Of a stretch of 64,000 nucleotides of DNA, positions 12,601 through 26,093 are shown piece by piece; within the stretch, counting starts at the first letter, position 1, and each line of letters opens with the position of its first letter. Both the position numbers and the translations under genes were made by a program. Under the pieces are notes generated by a model. That model did no database searches and was not told the origin of the DNA. It saw only the letters and a program-made list of their open reading frames with translations. The stretch is from Paraspadella gotoi. Taxonomy: Eukaryota; Animalia; Chaetognatha. Location: contig CM119267.1 of the NCBI GenBank assembly GCA_051294375.1, forward strand, positions 18,268,992 through 18,332,991, in the 5' to 3' direction.

Positions 12601-13537
12601 ACGATATCGTCGGGAGAGGGTGACTTGGACTTGGAGCCGCCCCGAGTAATCACGGGTTGTAGAACTTTCTTCTCCAAACTGACCTAAAAAAATTTGAAGG
12701 GAAAAAAAAATCTTCTAAAGGTTCCCCTTGCAGAATCCCTGGAAAGCGTTTCCATCTCGCTCACCTCGGTTTCAGGCTGGGGTGTCCCGTATACTGTTTC
12801 GAAGCTGAGATGTTCCTTCTCCTCCTCAAAACTGAGAGAAGCCAACTTGGGTCGCCTTTCGGAGACGAAATTCTCACGAGGCGACAAGGGCAACTTTTGA
12901 GCGGCATCGTCTGGAAGAAAAAGGAAAAGATTTTCTTTTCTTGTTGGCTGAAAAAAAAAACAGAGATCGAATCAGCAATGAACGACCTAGCTTAGGTGTG
13001 GACGTCTTGATGTTCTCATCCAAGAGGGTCTTCACTCGCGACTTTTTTCTCTTCCGTGCATGAAAATTTCTTCTAGGGCTACAAAAAATAAACATTTACT
13101 TACATATATAAAATTAATATTAAAATAGATAAATTCACTTTAAGTTAAAATATAAAAAAACCTAGTGGAGGGCGACGACGCCGGGGAACAAGGCGGCGGC
13201 GTCGCCGGCCGCGAATTCGGCGTCGGAGAAGTGGATTCGCCGAAATCGCGGAAAATGAAATCTTCGTCGAGCCCGGGACGAGAGAGAGGAACGATAGAGA
13301 GCGGATCGATGCCTGAAATAAAAGCAAAAGCAAAATAATAGAAATAAAAAGCTTCGCTGAAGATAGATATATATATATATATACTTAAAACGCACCCTGC
13401 AAAATGAGTTTTTTATCCAGCAGCAATTGAGCCTCGTTCAGTGGATCGGTGAGAAACTGGAAATAGAGCTCCTGAACTTTGGCATTGACATTGGGAATCA
13501 AGGATCCAGCGGTCGACGACCGCATCTCCATGGCCAT
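6690..13537 (-). CDS. PPP2R3: PP2A regulatory subunit B'' (PR70/PR72 family), spliced
   Basis: N-terminal [78 protein letters not shown]. Penultimate exon 7020-6880 ELTEWERFAMDEYNILV joins via phase-0 intron 7021-9889. Confidence 0.93.
7295..9788 (+). CDS. Type II transmembrane protein with coiled-coil/acidic stalk and two C-type lectin-like domains, nested antisense in a PPP2R3 intron
   Basis: Spliceable exons ~7295-7437, 7526-7737, 7801-8959, 9024-9504 and 9570-9788. TM segment VCLVVAVVVFAVAVVALLAVVAVGVVVGVL; CTLD motifs CYVAA..EAKNFC..YWLGM..WMWTN..YSNW..C..W..DC..ICQ; second degenerate CTLD (CFRFF..AERIC..WWLG..FLC). Confidence 0.8.
11290..11299. other. Assembly gap (10 N) inside a PPP2R3 intron
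   Basis: Run of N; flanking exons join in frame (FIPR|YVATVISRIFY), which supports correct scaffolding. Confidence 0.95.
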
Positions 13538-14199
13538 CCCCTCTTTTCTTTTTTTTCGTTGCTCGTTAAAATATTTTCAAAGTTTTCTTTCTCGACATAA
13601 AAGACATCGACACCGTAACTTTTGGACTTCGATGATCTCCCTCTGCCAGAGAACGGGAAAATGTTAATAAATCACTGGACAATTTATAAAAAAAGCTGAA
13701 CGGCAGCGTCCTAATTTCAATTGAAGAAAATAAAGGTTAGCTAAGGGGGGAGTAATGAGTAAACTCGATTTAATCAAAATAAAGCTAAGAGAAAACCCTG
13801 AACAATTCGTGGGTGAAAAATATGTGAAAACAACAATCGTATCACAGATCAGGAGGAACGTCGGGAGGCGCGGACCGGCTCGGAGCAAGGGCAATGGCTT
13901 CAATTCAAAATGCAAACGAGATTCTCGTGAATGAGGTAGTTCGCGACGAGAGAGCGGGCGGACAAAACAATAATTTCGCAGCGTACGAAAAGAAATTATG
14001 AAAAAGAGAAATTCGCAGCAAGTTTTGAATGAAAATGGGATGAAAAAAAAGGACGGCTCAAATTTTAAAATAACCTTTCCATGGACCCCGCATGACTAGC
14101 TTTTCACTCCTATCCCAATTTACCATTCGGGTAGCACGCATTCAGTCGGGTCCGACCATCCGAGCACCGCCCGCTCTCAATTAAAAACATGTTAAAGGT

Positions 14200-17100
14200 T
14201 CACTCTTCCGGCTGACGCCTCCAGTTGGCGAATCCCTCGTCGACCATCAGGCGCGATATGTCGAGGAGACGCTCCAGACCCCGCCCCCCAAACGAAGTGA
14301 ATATCTGTATTTGAAAGGGTTGGCCGGCGACCCGCTTGATGGCGTCGTCCAGAGAACCGGCGATGGCGCCATCGCCCCAAGGCCCGACTGGGGGAAAGTC
14401 GGGTCCGGCGCCGGCGCCGCCCCCTTGGTGGTCGACAAGAAGGGCGCGTCTCTTGGCCGCCAATGCTTGACCGACTTTGGTCAAGAAGCCACGACCGACG
14501 ACTCGTATCTTGACGGGACGACGCTGGCCAGCCATGCAGAGAGACTCGAAGTAATCCACGGCCAACTTGGACCAAACGCGTCGATCCTTGGCTTCTGGAA
14601 TATAAACATTGAATTATTTTTTTTAGATCATTGCATACGCATGATTTACATCTCAAAAAATCATTAATATTGTCCCACACGTTTCATACCATCGAAAGGA
14701 GGCATTATGTCCGGAAGAAAGCACTCGACGGCCAATGGTGGCGGGCGTAGAAAGCGCTCGTCCAACGGCAAAACCTCGTCAAGCGGCAGTTCAGCCACGA
14801 CGCCAAAGTCCAAGTATAACACTTCGACGACGAAAGAACGGGAATCGGTTGAAGAAGGGGAAGGATTTAGGCTGCGAATCTGTGCGCGGTACCACTTCCC
14901 GCGTAAGGCATTGTAAGGAGCTGGGGCGGCCACCTTAACATGTAAAGATTGTTTGATGGATAAATGTACATTCATTCTCCCAATCCATTCTCCTTTCTTC
15001 TTACCAATATTCCCTTAGCGAAGACTTGCTTGCTGGGGTTAAAATCCCCGGCTCGCCGTGACCCATAAAAATCGTCCATTCGGGCGATGAGCCGAGCCAA
15101 AGCCGGATCGAGTCGGCGCAGCTGAATCCACACGACGTTGGCGCGGGTGGCGTCGACAGCAGCGACGAAGGCCTCGAGGAAACTCTGCTCGGCGGCGTCG
15201 GGAGAGACGGGGACTTCAACGTCATCGAGGAACCGAAATCCGCGCCTGTCGACAGAGAATGGACAATAAAAGGGGGCACATTCCTTTCGATTTTCGTTTT
15301 GCCACTTTAAATACAGATGTACAGATGTAGTGTAATATATTGTCGAATTTCTATACTAGAAAAATTAGGGTCGAAACAAATAGCGGAGATAAAGGTTGGA
15401 AGTTCTCTCACCTACTCAACGCAATGCCCTCCAGCATGACTGAAATGGGATCTTCGGTTTCCCAGAACGGCGGTTTTTCTATCTCAACCGTTCCCTCAGA
15501 TTCCGTGGAGCTTGTCGTCGTCTGACATCCCTTGGTTTCCAGAGTCTTAGACGTTTCCATGGTAAGCAAATTCTGCTCTGTCGCTCCGGTCGCGGGAGAT
15601 TCGTGCAACGATCGAAGGTCAACGAAGAGAAGGTCATTCCCGAAAAGTTTGGATTCGCACACCTCGTCCTGGATCGAGTTGGTGGCCACGACCGTTCCGT
15701 TTTCATCGTTATCGTCCAAGCTCTTGATTCCGCTGTCATTGGCTGCGGCTGAAGTGGAGAGGGCGTCGGCGGTCGCGCCGGGGATTTCGGGGTCGAGGGC
15801 TGAGAGGAGGCTTTCGTCGCTCCCGTCCTCGATCGAATCCGTTTCCATGGCCTCGTTTCGTCGTCGCTCCGCCTCCTTTCTCCTCGCTTCCTCCGCGAGG
15901 CGTCCTCGTCGCTCCTTCCGTCGCATTTCGTTTCGCTTGAGGTCGTCGGAGATGATGAAGTCCCCGCATTTGATCTTCTTGTCCATGAAGGTTATGAGGC
16001 TCTCGTCGTCGACGAAGTCTTCAACGGCTTCGTCCGCATCGTTGTCGTCGTCGTTTTCAATTTCGTCCTGAATAGTGGGACGGAAATCTTTAATTCCTTT
16101 ATGGAATATTGATTCTATATCGGTCCGCGGATCGATATGAGAATCATAAACTACCACCTCAACCTTTTCTTTTGTGGTCACGAGCGGTGTCTAAAAATTT
16201 TCAAGATGAACTTTGCACATTGCCTAAACTCATTAAATTAACTCCAATTAAAAAATCTTAAAAGTATAGTGATCTCGCCAGACGTTACTATCAAAGAAAA
16301 TTAATAAAAAATTTTGAAAAAAATGAATGATTGATGTGATAACAAATTATTGATATAATAATAATTGATTGATGTAATAGTAATTGATTGATTGATATAA
16401 TAATAATTGATTGATTGATGTAATAGTAACTGATTGATTGATATAATAATAATTGATATAATAATAATAATATTAATACGATTATAATTAAATGATTGAT
16501 GCGATGATAACCAAATGATTGATACGATGATAACCAAAAATTGATGCGATGATAACCAAAAATTAATGCAATGATAACCAAATGATGGATGCGATTATAA
16601 CCATATGATGTATATAATGATTCATTGATGCAATGATAATTATTCATTGATACGATGATAGTCATTCATTAATTCGATGATAGTCATTCATTGACATGAG
16701 TCATTTATCGTAAATAAAATAACATAATGTATATAAGCGAGAGAATAAAAGAAAAAAAAATAGAGAGAAGCTGGACAGCCGCTGGATCTCGCCTAATTCG
16801 GTCATTCGCCCGTCTGGCGAGATAAAAAATATATAAATCTAGCAATATATTCCAAATCTTACCGGGGAGGATATCGTGTGGTCCGTGCCTCCGTCGCTGT
16901 TCATCCGGTCAGTATTGATTCTAAGCGGACCCGGGCTTCCTGAGGCAACGGTGGCGGCAGCGGCGCCTTCTGTCTCGCTGACGCCGAGTCTCGAGCCGTC
17001 ACTTCGTTGGAACGAGCTCTGAAACGAGATAAGACAAATGTGAACCCTCGCTCTTAATTATTCACCTTTTCTCCGCTGGACTTCTAACCTCGACAAGAGC

Positions 17101-20100
17101 CAACGTTGCTCTCAGCGCCTCCGGCAAAGCGAGGTACATTTGATTTGTGGCAGCTTGAGTCCCTTTGAGACCCAACGACTCGAGGCTTTTGAGCGAAGCC
17201 AGCGAATCGGGCAATCGAGGGAGGTCGTTGCCGTCCAACCAGAGATGGCGCAATCGGGCGAGGTCGCCGAAAGCGGAGGGTAGCGCGAGGATACGGTTAT
17301 GGGACAGGTCGCACGTTTCAAGACGGGAAAGTCGACAGAAAGAGTCAGGGAGAGAGGAAAGTTGGTTGTAGGCTGAAAAGAAATAGAATGACTTTATAAA
17401 TCGACAATGGGGCGAAAATCGTTGCGACGCAAAGTCTCACATAAGTCGATGTTCTCCAGTAACAACAACTTCTCGATCTCCTCGGGAAGCTCCTTGATGG
17501 AGTTTCCGCTGAAGTTGAGGTAGCGCAGCTTTTGCATGTGACCGATCGACTTGGGGACTTCCTCGATGCGATTGACGAGAGGCGTCGAAAGTCGTTCGCC
17601 AGAAGCGACGCCGTCCATCGAAAGAACGCTGCTCTGACGACTGCGGCGACGCCGATCGTCGTGACGAGACAATCCGGCGTCCAGGTGGTCCAACTCAGTG
17701 AAGAATCCGATAGCCGTCGGTAGAGCTGGAAAGCGAAATATCATTATGTTAAAAGGCAAAATCGTCTTGATTCAAGAGCAGAGATTTCGAATTCCGACCT
17801 CCGACGCAGTTTCCTGACAGATCGAGCAGGTGAAGACGACGTTGAAAAAAGCAAAACTCGTCTTGGAAGGGGACGCCGTAAAGTTCGTTGTCGGCCAAAT
17901 TCAAAACGCGAAGTTTCGAGCTGGAGATCCAATTTGGCAAGGAGTCAATCTTGTTACCGTGCAGCAAGAGGCTGGAACAAGGATGAACCATGATTAAGAC
18001 ACCGCTTGAAGACCCGAAGCGTCTTAGGCAACTAAACTTCGTTTCCTCTTCCGGTTTAACCAAAGATACACGCTCGAAAGCGAATAACAATATATTATGT
18101 AGACACGAACATCTTAAAATATCAACAACCAAATGACTCTTTAATATTGATAGGCTACTAGATTTTTTATAATAATAAGCGAGAAATTCACTCTTTACGT
18201 TTTTTCACTAACCTGTTCATTTTATTCCAATTTAAAAGGACAGTTTAATTAATAATTATATCATATAATATAAGAAAACAAAAATTAATTAAAAACTACG
18301 TCTAACGAAATGGTAAAATCATTAAAAAATTTAAAAATTGTTCTTACCTTGCAAAAAAAAAAAATTATTAGCTAGTCGACCGAATACGTTAATCCAATAT
18401 AATAAAAAAAAACTAAGACACGAAAATGAACGATTTCTCAACTCCATAAACCCAAAGAAAATGTAAACCTGGATCCTAAACAGATATCACGACTTCAGCT
18501 ACAACTTTTTTTTTCTACCTCTCCAAGATGTGGGCCGATTTGCACGGATCCCAAAGATTTTGAATTCTGTTGTGTGAGAGATCCACGTGGATGAGATGAG
18601 CGAGTGATGAGAGATCGATGTTTGCGATCAGGTTGTTGCCCAGCTTCAATGTCTCTAGCATCGTTAGAGTCGAAACGATGACGCTGCTCAATTGATTTCC
18701 GCTGGCTTCCAACGTCTGGAAATGGGGTAAATGAGTTTTTCACTTCTGACGTTTTCAAAAAACTTGAAGAAAAAAAATTCAGTCGTCGCCTTCTCACTTT
18801 GACGGTTCCGGGCAAGGCGGGCAAGGACATGAGCAAATTGTCATTAGCCTCGAAATGCGTCAATGACTTTGCCGAGTGGAGGTCTTCGATTTCGGCCAGC
18901 CTATTACTGTTGACGTTAAGGCGTTGAAGGCAAGGCAGCTGGCACAACTCTTTGGGCAGCTGGCAGAAAGTATATAAAATTACAGTAGTAAGAATCGTTA
19001 ACAAAAATAATCAACTCTTTGTATACCTTCGAAATTTGGTTGTCATTTAAATTGAGGATCCTGAGTTTCGACAGCGACGCCAAAGACGACGGAAGGCGTT
19101 CCATCTGATTGTTGGCGGCGTTGAGCTCTTCAAGACACGGCATGTGTTCGGCCAACGCGTCCGGAAATTCATACAACGAATTGTGAGAAATATTGAGGCT
19201 TTTGATGTTCTTGGCTGAGGGAGCAAGAAAATATCTTCGTAATCAAAAACATTTTAGAAGCAATAAATTGTCGAAATCCAACCTCCCGGCGCCAAGAGGA
19301 TGTTGGGGGGAACGCTGCAAAGATTTCTCTTCTCTAAGTGGACGTGTTCTAGCAGGACCCCACCGTTCGCGCCGTCGTCCTCGATGGGGCCGGCGATTCC
19401 TTCGTTTTGCGACTCCTGCACTTGCATCTTGATTTTCTTGCATTCGAGTCGGTGCCCGAGTCGAGCGTCTTTTTTGTTGCAACGTTTTGAGCAGTAATTT
19501 CTGAAGGGAAAATGAAAAAAAAATCCTATAAGATTCTTGAAAAAAAAATTTCAACTTTCTTCAACCGACCTGAGCTTGCACACGGTACAGGGTTTGAGTT
19601 CCCCTGGGCTGCCGCACACGTTGCAGAGGGCGATAGGAGCGCTGTTGCGCAGCGACCCCGTCAAATTCTCGTTTATTTTCTTCAAATTAAAGTTAAAAGG
19701 ATCGAGAGGACGACCTAAGTGTTTGGAGACCGACAGGAAAGAAGCGCGATCCGCGGGGTCCATTTTTCTAAGCAAAAAATAAATATATATATATATATAA
19801 ATATTACTATTATATACTATTATTTTTTCATTTATTTTTAATTTTTTTTTTTTTTTCATTAATAACTTTCTAACTAAAATGATGTGATAGCTATTAGAAA
19901 ACTAGAACAGATAGTAATCTAACCTTGTGTTGTATAGATGCTCCCTCTATTTCCAGAAGACAACACAGACTTCCCTTTCCCAAATTGAATTATTAGATAA
20001 ATAAAACATTTTAAAAAAGAAAGCAATATATATTTGATTAAATAATATAGATTAAATACTAAATCCTTCATAAAATATAAAAATAGAAAATAGTGAAGCA

Positions 20101-23100
20101 AGTAATTTGCAAATTTTCATGCTATTATATATATACAGTCCTGTGCAAAAAAAAGGACATGTAAAAACATTATAAAAATAAATCAAATTAGATTCTTTTA
20201 AAATGAAAAATATTATAAATGAATAATATTTATGAAAAAAACTATTGGTATAAATTTGGTTAATACGTGGCTATCCATTACGAAGCAGTGATTTTTTAAA
20301 AATAACTGCTAGATTATAACTCTTTTAAATACTAAAACAAAATATCAGAACAAAAAAAAAATTAAATTATTTTTAAACTCTTATGTTTAAAATGTTATAG
20401 CTCTGGAATGACTGGTCCAATTTTTTTAAAAATTACATATTTTGGGTTCTTTTTTCAAAAATCTATTTCCCATTCATATTTTTTAAAAAAATAAATACAA
20501 TGCCCATAAATTAAAGCTAAAAAAATATTTTCGGTTTTTGGCATATTTTTAAAAATGTTTTTTGTAATGACTAAAATGATAAAACATTTTTACCACTCGT
20601 CTTTCGGGAGCTATAACTCTTGAATGCTTGGACCAATTTTTTTAAAACTGAAATATAGATTTTTTACTTTAAAATCTATATTTATAATTTATAATTTTTT
20701 ATAATGTATATAAAACGAGTACTACTTAAGTTTGAAGAGTGTCCTTTTTTTTGCACAGGACTGTAAGTGCAAATTAGGCCGCAAAAAAGTACCTGTATAA
20801 CTCGTTGGTGAGACGGGAATCTTTGGAGGTTTCGTTTCCACTGAGATGACGTAGGAGCGTCCTTTGATACCTGAAGTGTCAAAATGGGGCCATAGCTCGC
20901 TTCGATCAAATTTAATTCAATCGGACCATCTTATTAAAAACTAACCACAAATTGCCCGCCACAAAGTCGAATCCTTCATAACGTGGCAGCATCTGTGCCG
21001 AGAGAAGTGGCGGCGCTGCGCGGGCGCCGTCGAGGACGACGATGGGGGAACGTCCAGCTGGAGGCGTCGTACGATCCAGTGTGAGAGTGAAGCGCCACTG
21101 CCCGCTGGCGAATACGAGCGCCGCGCCGGGACGGCGAAGCAGTTGGCCGACGAGCACAAACCGGTCGTCGATCATCCGTTTGCCAAAAACCTCGGAAATC
21201 GTTTGGGTCTGAGTCTGGGTGGAGTTCTGAAGATTCGAGAAAAGTGAGGAAAATCACAAATTAGAACCTATTAGTAATAATATTAGAACTAATTCGAAAA
21301 CAATAATCACCCCCACAGTTGGCCTATAAGCGCTGGAAAATACGGCACCGTCCGAGTCGTCTACGAAATGGTATGAACCTTGACGAAGATCCCACTCGCT
21401 CTTTGTACCGGAATTGTCTGCGAAGGATTTGTAATAGTTTTAGATCTCATAACAAATCTTATGAAAGTTGCAAAATTATTTGTTTCACTATCTTTACATC
21501 TTTTTTTTCATTTTATTTATTTTGTTTTTTTATTTAAAATAACTATTATTTATGATTTTATTTACTTGTTAAAATATTTTTGTATAAAATAGTTAAATAT
21601 AATATTATCTGTTAGGGATGGGGGATGGGGTTGTTAGTGTTGTCTTCTGGAAATAGAGGGAACATCTACAGTGTTGATTCTACACAACACAAGGTTAGAT
21701 TACTTTCTGTTCCCGTTTTCTAATAGATATCGTACTTATTGGAAAATCATTAATGAGATTATCATATACTAGACGCCTTGCAGATCTTTTCTTTACCGGG
21801 TTTGGAGTACCACCCGATGATCGCGGGTATCACGTGCATTCCAAGGAAGGAAAGACTGACGTGAGGGGAGCAGCGAAAGCGTCGCCAAACGGCGGGTCGA
21901 GAGTCGTCTAATTTTAAGGTGATGATCTGAATTCGATAAAAATTCATTAAATGCGATGGTTTTTCTGTCGCCTACAAAAACTACAACAAAAAAGACCAAC
22001 CAAATCTTCGGTGAATTGGTGTCGCTTGCACTGATTCAAAAAGTCAATTTTGGCGTCGAGCACTTTGACGATGAAACTCTCCTCGATGTTATCAGCGTCG
22101 ACCTGTTTGCTGCGGACGTAACCCGTGACGGGAAAGTAGGGGAGACCCCAGAGATACCATTCCTTTCGACGAAGCGGTGGGACGCCGGGGCTGCGGTAAA
22201 GATGTTTCATTTTTAAGCAAACAATTTCTTCATCAAGTCCTTTCCCAGAAAAAAAACGCCAACTCACCCGCCGCCACGGTGAGTCATCAACGTTTTCTTC
22301 GGCTTGAAACTCTTCATGCTCTCGAACAGCGTTGGATGATAGAAACTGCTGTCGTGCGGCCGCGTCGCCTTTACCGCGGGAGAGTGCATAAAAAGGCGAG
22401 CACGAGTCTGGGGGTCGTAGTAAACGCCGTGATCCACGAACTCCTCCGGGTCCCAACAGTCTTCTTCCGGCGGATAACGACGTCCCAACTCTCTGTGCGA
22501 GGATAAAATGTAACCATTGAGGGAACGGGGTACGCGAAAGCCCGAATTTTTTTGCTACTCACCTGAAAATATCCAAGCTTATGAGAAGCGCTTCGTTCCA
22601 CAACTCTTTGGAAGCCTCGCATAAAGTCACTCCGCCGTCAACGACAACCTCTATCCATTCGGCCCAGTAGACCTTGTGCTCGTCTATAGTGAAATAATCC
22701 ATACATTTCTAAAAACAATAAATAGATGACTGGCGTTAATCAAAGCGGGGGTGGGACTGAGAATACGAATTTGAGAAGGAGGTTAGTATACCTTATCATA
22801 CACAAATCTGTCAGCCAAACAAAGAAAAACGCCAGGGTGTAGGATGAGGGAGAAGGGACCGGTTTGGGTCAAGGTTCCAATAGAAATTTCGACCCTCACG
22901 ACTTTGTTTATGTCCAGCTTTAAGACGGCATCCCGCATCAGGGTCTCCTTCTGTCGATGGGGAACGGAAAGATTTATAACAGGCGATTTTTTTTTGGGTC
23001 GCTCATCCGCGCGGCCATCCGATGTACAGAGGATCTCACCTGCCAGACACTCATCAGTTTGGCGAGCATTTGATCCAAATGATCCGAACGGAACGCTAGC

Positions 23101-23438
23101 CCATGGGAGAATATATCCTCGCAGGCCCATACTTGCTTCATGTAACCTAAGGTTGGTTTACGAACATATGTAAAAATGTGGCAACAAAGAAAGGAACTTC
23201 TTATGTGAGGTCGATAAAAATCACACTGACCCAAAGAGTCACGCTGCAGCTTTATGAAGTATAGGAGAGTTTCTATGGTGTAATGTTCCAAATTTCGAAG
23301 TTTAGGTCGATTCTGGGAGACCCCGGAATCGAGCGCTTAAAAAGGAAGAGCGATAACGTTTATAAAAGATTAGAAAGATTGGTCTTACTCCCCCCTCTCT
23401 CTCCCACTCCTATAAATACCGTCATCTCGCTTCGCCAT
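14200..23438 (-). CDS. Multidomain protein: pRiA4b-ORF3/MM3350-like domain + MYND zinc finger + leucine-rich repeats + extended Tudor domain
   Basis: Phase-consistent GT-AG exon chain. IITLKLDDSRPAVWRRFRCSPHVSLSFLGMHVIPAIIGW..YHFVDDSDGAVF..GQWRFTLTL..VVLDGARAAPP..LDPFNFNLKKINENL; then CNVC..CTVC..YCSKRC..HRLEC; then many LxxLxLxxNxL repeats; then KWYRAQI..VLYLDFG..AVECFL..WSKLAVDYF. Confidence 0.75.
16322..16700. repeat. Intronic AT-rich minisatellite (~21-bp TGATTGATGCGATGATAACCA-like units and TGAT/ATA repeats)
   Basis: Degenerate tandem repeats are directly visible. Confidence 0.8.
19886..21731. repeat. Pair of ~80-95 bp inverted repeats (19886-19966 and 21637-21731) in introns flanking three exons
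   Basis: gtgttgtcttctggaaatagaggg..caacacaaggttagattact..ttttctaatag is the reverse complement of 19886-19966 apart from a short insertion and a few substitutions. Confidence 0.8.
20136..20763. mobile_element. Tc1/mariner-type MITE (~630 bp)
   Basis: Perfect TIR CAGTCCTGTGCAAAAAAAAGGAC at both ends, flanked by TA on both sides; non-coding AT-rich interior with internal direct repeats. Confidence 0.88.
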
Positions 23439-23961
23439 GATGGCATAGCCGCCTCGGCCCACCGTCGGAGAGAATCGAGAGGAGTCGACGCCCCCGTGAC
23501 GACTTCACTTGTTGTTCGATTCAAATTAATCTTATAAAATTGAAAACGTAAATTCTATATTGTTAATTAAATAATAATTTAATAATTTCACTTGAAAAAG
23601 AACGGAAAGGAACCATGAACTGGCTCCAAAAGCGATACCTAAACACGTTTCAATTCAACACGAACAAAATAGACAAAATTTTCGACTAGAAGTAGAAGTA
23701 TGAATATTTGGCACTAGGTCTGTCCTTTTCCATTGCCAAAAATGAATAAAAGACAGAACCTGTTCACTGTTCAGTGTTCACAGCACCGAATATTCGATGT
23801 CAATTCTCCGTAAGAAAAAGCGCACTCGATTAATTATAAGAAGGAAACGTTCAATAATTTAAAAAAATTAGGAAATAAAATAACGTTAGGCCAATTTAGC
23901 GTAATTTTGCGCAATAAAGTCTTTAATCCGTCGCCGCAAAACTAGGACCGCTTTCAGTTCC

Positions 23962-25045
23962 TCAATCGGGCGCAACAAATTCTGCCGCCGGCCACAATCG
24001 TTTCTTGACGATGTAGACGACAGTCGCGTAGAAAAAGACAAGGGCGAGAAAGATTAGGAGGTGGTCGGTGAGTTGGCGTCGTTCGAACTTGGTCAAAAGT
24101 TTTTTGGAGGCATTGATGTGAGCGTCCACGCTCTTCACCTCCTCTTGCGACTCTTGCAGCGTCTTTGAACTGGAGATGAGGTTTTCTACGGCGGCGCTTG
24201 AGTGCTCCACCTATAGAGATAGAAGCAGAAAAACTAAAAACTAACGGTCTAGTAAAATAAAAAAATTCGCGGAGGATAAGCTGTATGAAAACAAGCACGT
24301 TCAGTCGTGCGCAACGTAAAAAAGCACTTTATATAAATTTATCAAGTTTAAAATCTTAATCTCCCACGCCGAGGCGGGAAGGCGATGCGTTTGGTCATCC
24401 TATAACACCATCGAGTCACCTGCACCGTGAGTTTCCGGCTGAGTTCCATCATGCTATCGGTGACGTCTGACACCGAGTTGACGAGCCTCTCCTTATCGAC
24501 GGTTTTTTTCTTGGAACCATCCCCGGCGCTGCGGTGACGAGGCCCGTCGTCGGAGGCCGTGCCGGGGGAGATTAGTCCTCCACGATCCAAGTGTTCGATG
24601 CGAAGTTGGCATTGGAGGTTAGCGCGGCGCAGGCTGGATATGGTTCCCTGCGGATTGGCAATAGATACAATAAGACCGATCATTTTCATTCATTTTTCTA
24701 TCACCTACTTCCAACTGACTCCGTTGCGAATCCACCTCTCGCAAAATTTCCTTCTTGTCGTCTTCCCTGTCTCTCTCTGCGATCGATAAAACGAAAAACT
24801 CGAGTTGGAATCGATTTAATCTTAAAGGGGCGCATGGACGCCATCGATTCACCTTTGGCGAACGTTTCCAACTCTTCCAACGTCCTTTTAATTTCCTGAA
24901 TGTTTTTTCTCGCGTCCGTGTTGATGAGCTGCAGCGAGGAGAGCGGCCCCTCGCAGGCGTTGATGTCCTGGATGGACGCTTTGACACTGAGTTCGAGGCG
25001 AACTACCTCCTCTAACGATTTGGTCACGAACGCCAACGTCGCCAT
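23962..25045 (-). CDS. BNIP1: Vesicle transport protein SEC20/BNIP1, spliced
   Basis: VRLELSVKASIQDI, LRRANLQCQ, VTDSMMELSR, SKKLLTKFERRQLTDHLLIFLALVFFYATVVYIVKKR (SNARE motif plus C-terminal TM). Confidence 0.92.
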
Positions 25046-26093
25046 CTTTAATCTCGCGATGTCGCGTCTTTACTTTATATGAATTTTTTTGTTCTAACTG
25101 CGCCTGTCGGGTTTAATCAAAATGGCCTCGAAGAGAAAATTACAGCTTCCCACTGCAAAATAAAGAACGATAAAAATTCACTGGATATAGCAACAACGCT
25201 TAGTTTCAAAATGAGACCGAGGCAAACTAAAATGGAGAGTGAGAGTAAGAGCGCAGAAAAAATATATTTTATAACACTGTTTGGTAACTACCGTAAACTA
25301 CAAAGAAAATTACTAAAAAAATAGTAAAACGCGAATTCAAAAGATTGTTCGGATATTTTTATTGATAAAAGATATGACTGTAAAATTGAACCATTTCCTG
25401 ACAAAGCGAGAACCAAAAGTTCAATACATTAACAAATATTTGTTAACATCGTCCCAAAGATTGTAATTAAAAGAGATTCACGGAATGCTGTTTTAGCGGA
25501 CAGCCTAGGTATATTAATACATTTTTAAGTCACAATAAATCTCAGTAAAACATTCATAAACTTCATTAATTTTAATTAAAATCATGCGAAGACAAGCGCA
25601 ATGCATCCACTGAGCTGGAGCAATATTCATTAAATCAACTCTCTCTTCAAATACAGAATTTCTTAAATCGGTTAAATCCAGTTTTAATAGTTACCATGCT
25701 AAGTAAAGATATCCTCTTCCAGAATAGTCGCCACTGTTTCTCAGCGCAATCATGCATTAACTTCGCTTCCAACTACTTTTTTAATGAACATCCCACGAAG
25801 ACAAAAAAAATATCTTTATCTGGAAAAATTCATCACTTTAAAGCATGTCTAAAGATTCCCTTAAAATATATCCTGAAATAATCAAGGTCTAGCTTAACTG
25901 CAAGTGTAAGTGTAAGGCGTTTACTTTTCAATAAAGCTACGACCAGATCACAAATCAATTAAGGCTTAAGCATAACACCACGTTGACAAGGTGTAAAGGA
26001 TCATAACTCACAACATCAACTTAACAATAACTATACATTTTGCTGAATTTATTATATAAAATCGTATAACTCAAGGTCACTTCAACTTAACCA

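Noticed and set aside
14080-14150. 3' UTR hairpin as a SECIS or ncRNA
   Set aside because: GGACCC..GGGTCC pairing is present but there is no AUGA/GA quartet and no in-frame UGA in the gene
16291-16665. Ile/Asn-rich ORFs
   Set aside because: Translation of an intronic minisatellite
20793-23438. Bacterial contamination explaining the pRiA4b-like domain
   Set aside because: The domain is split by several spliceosomal introns and has the same composition as neighbouring host genes
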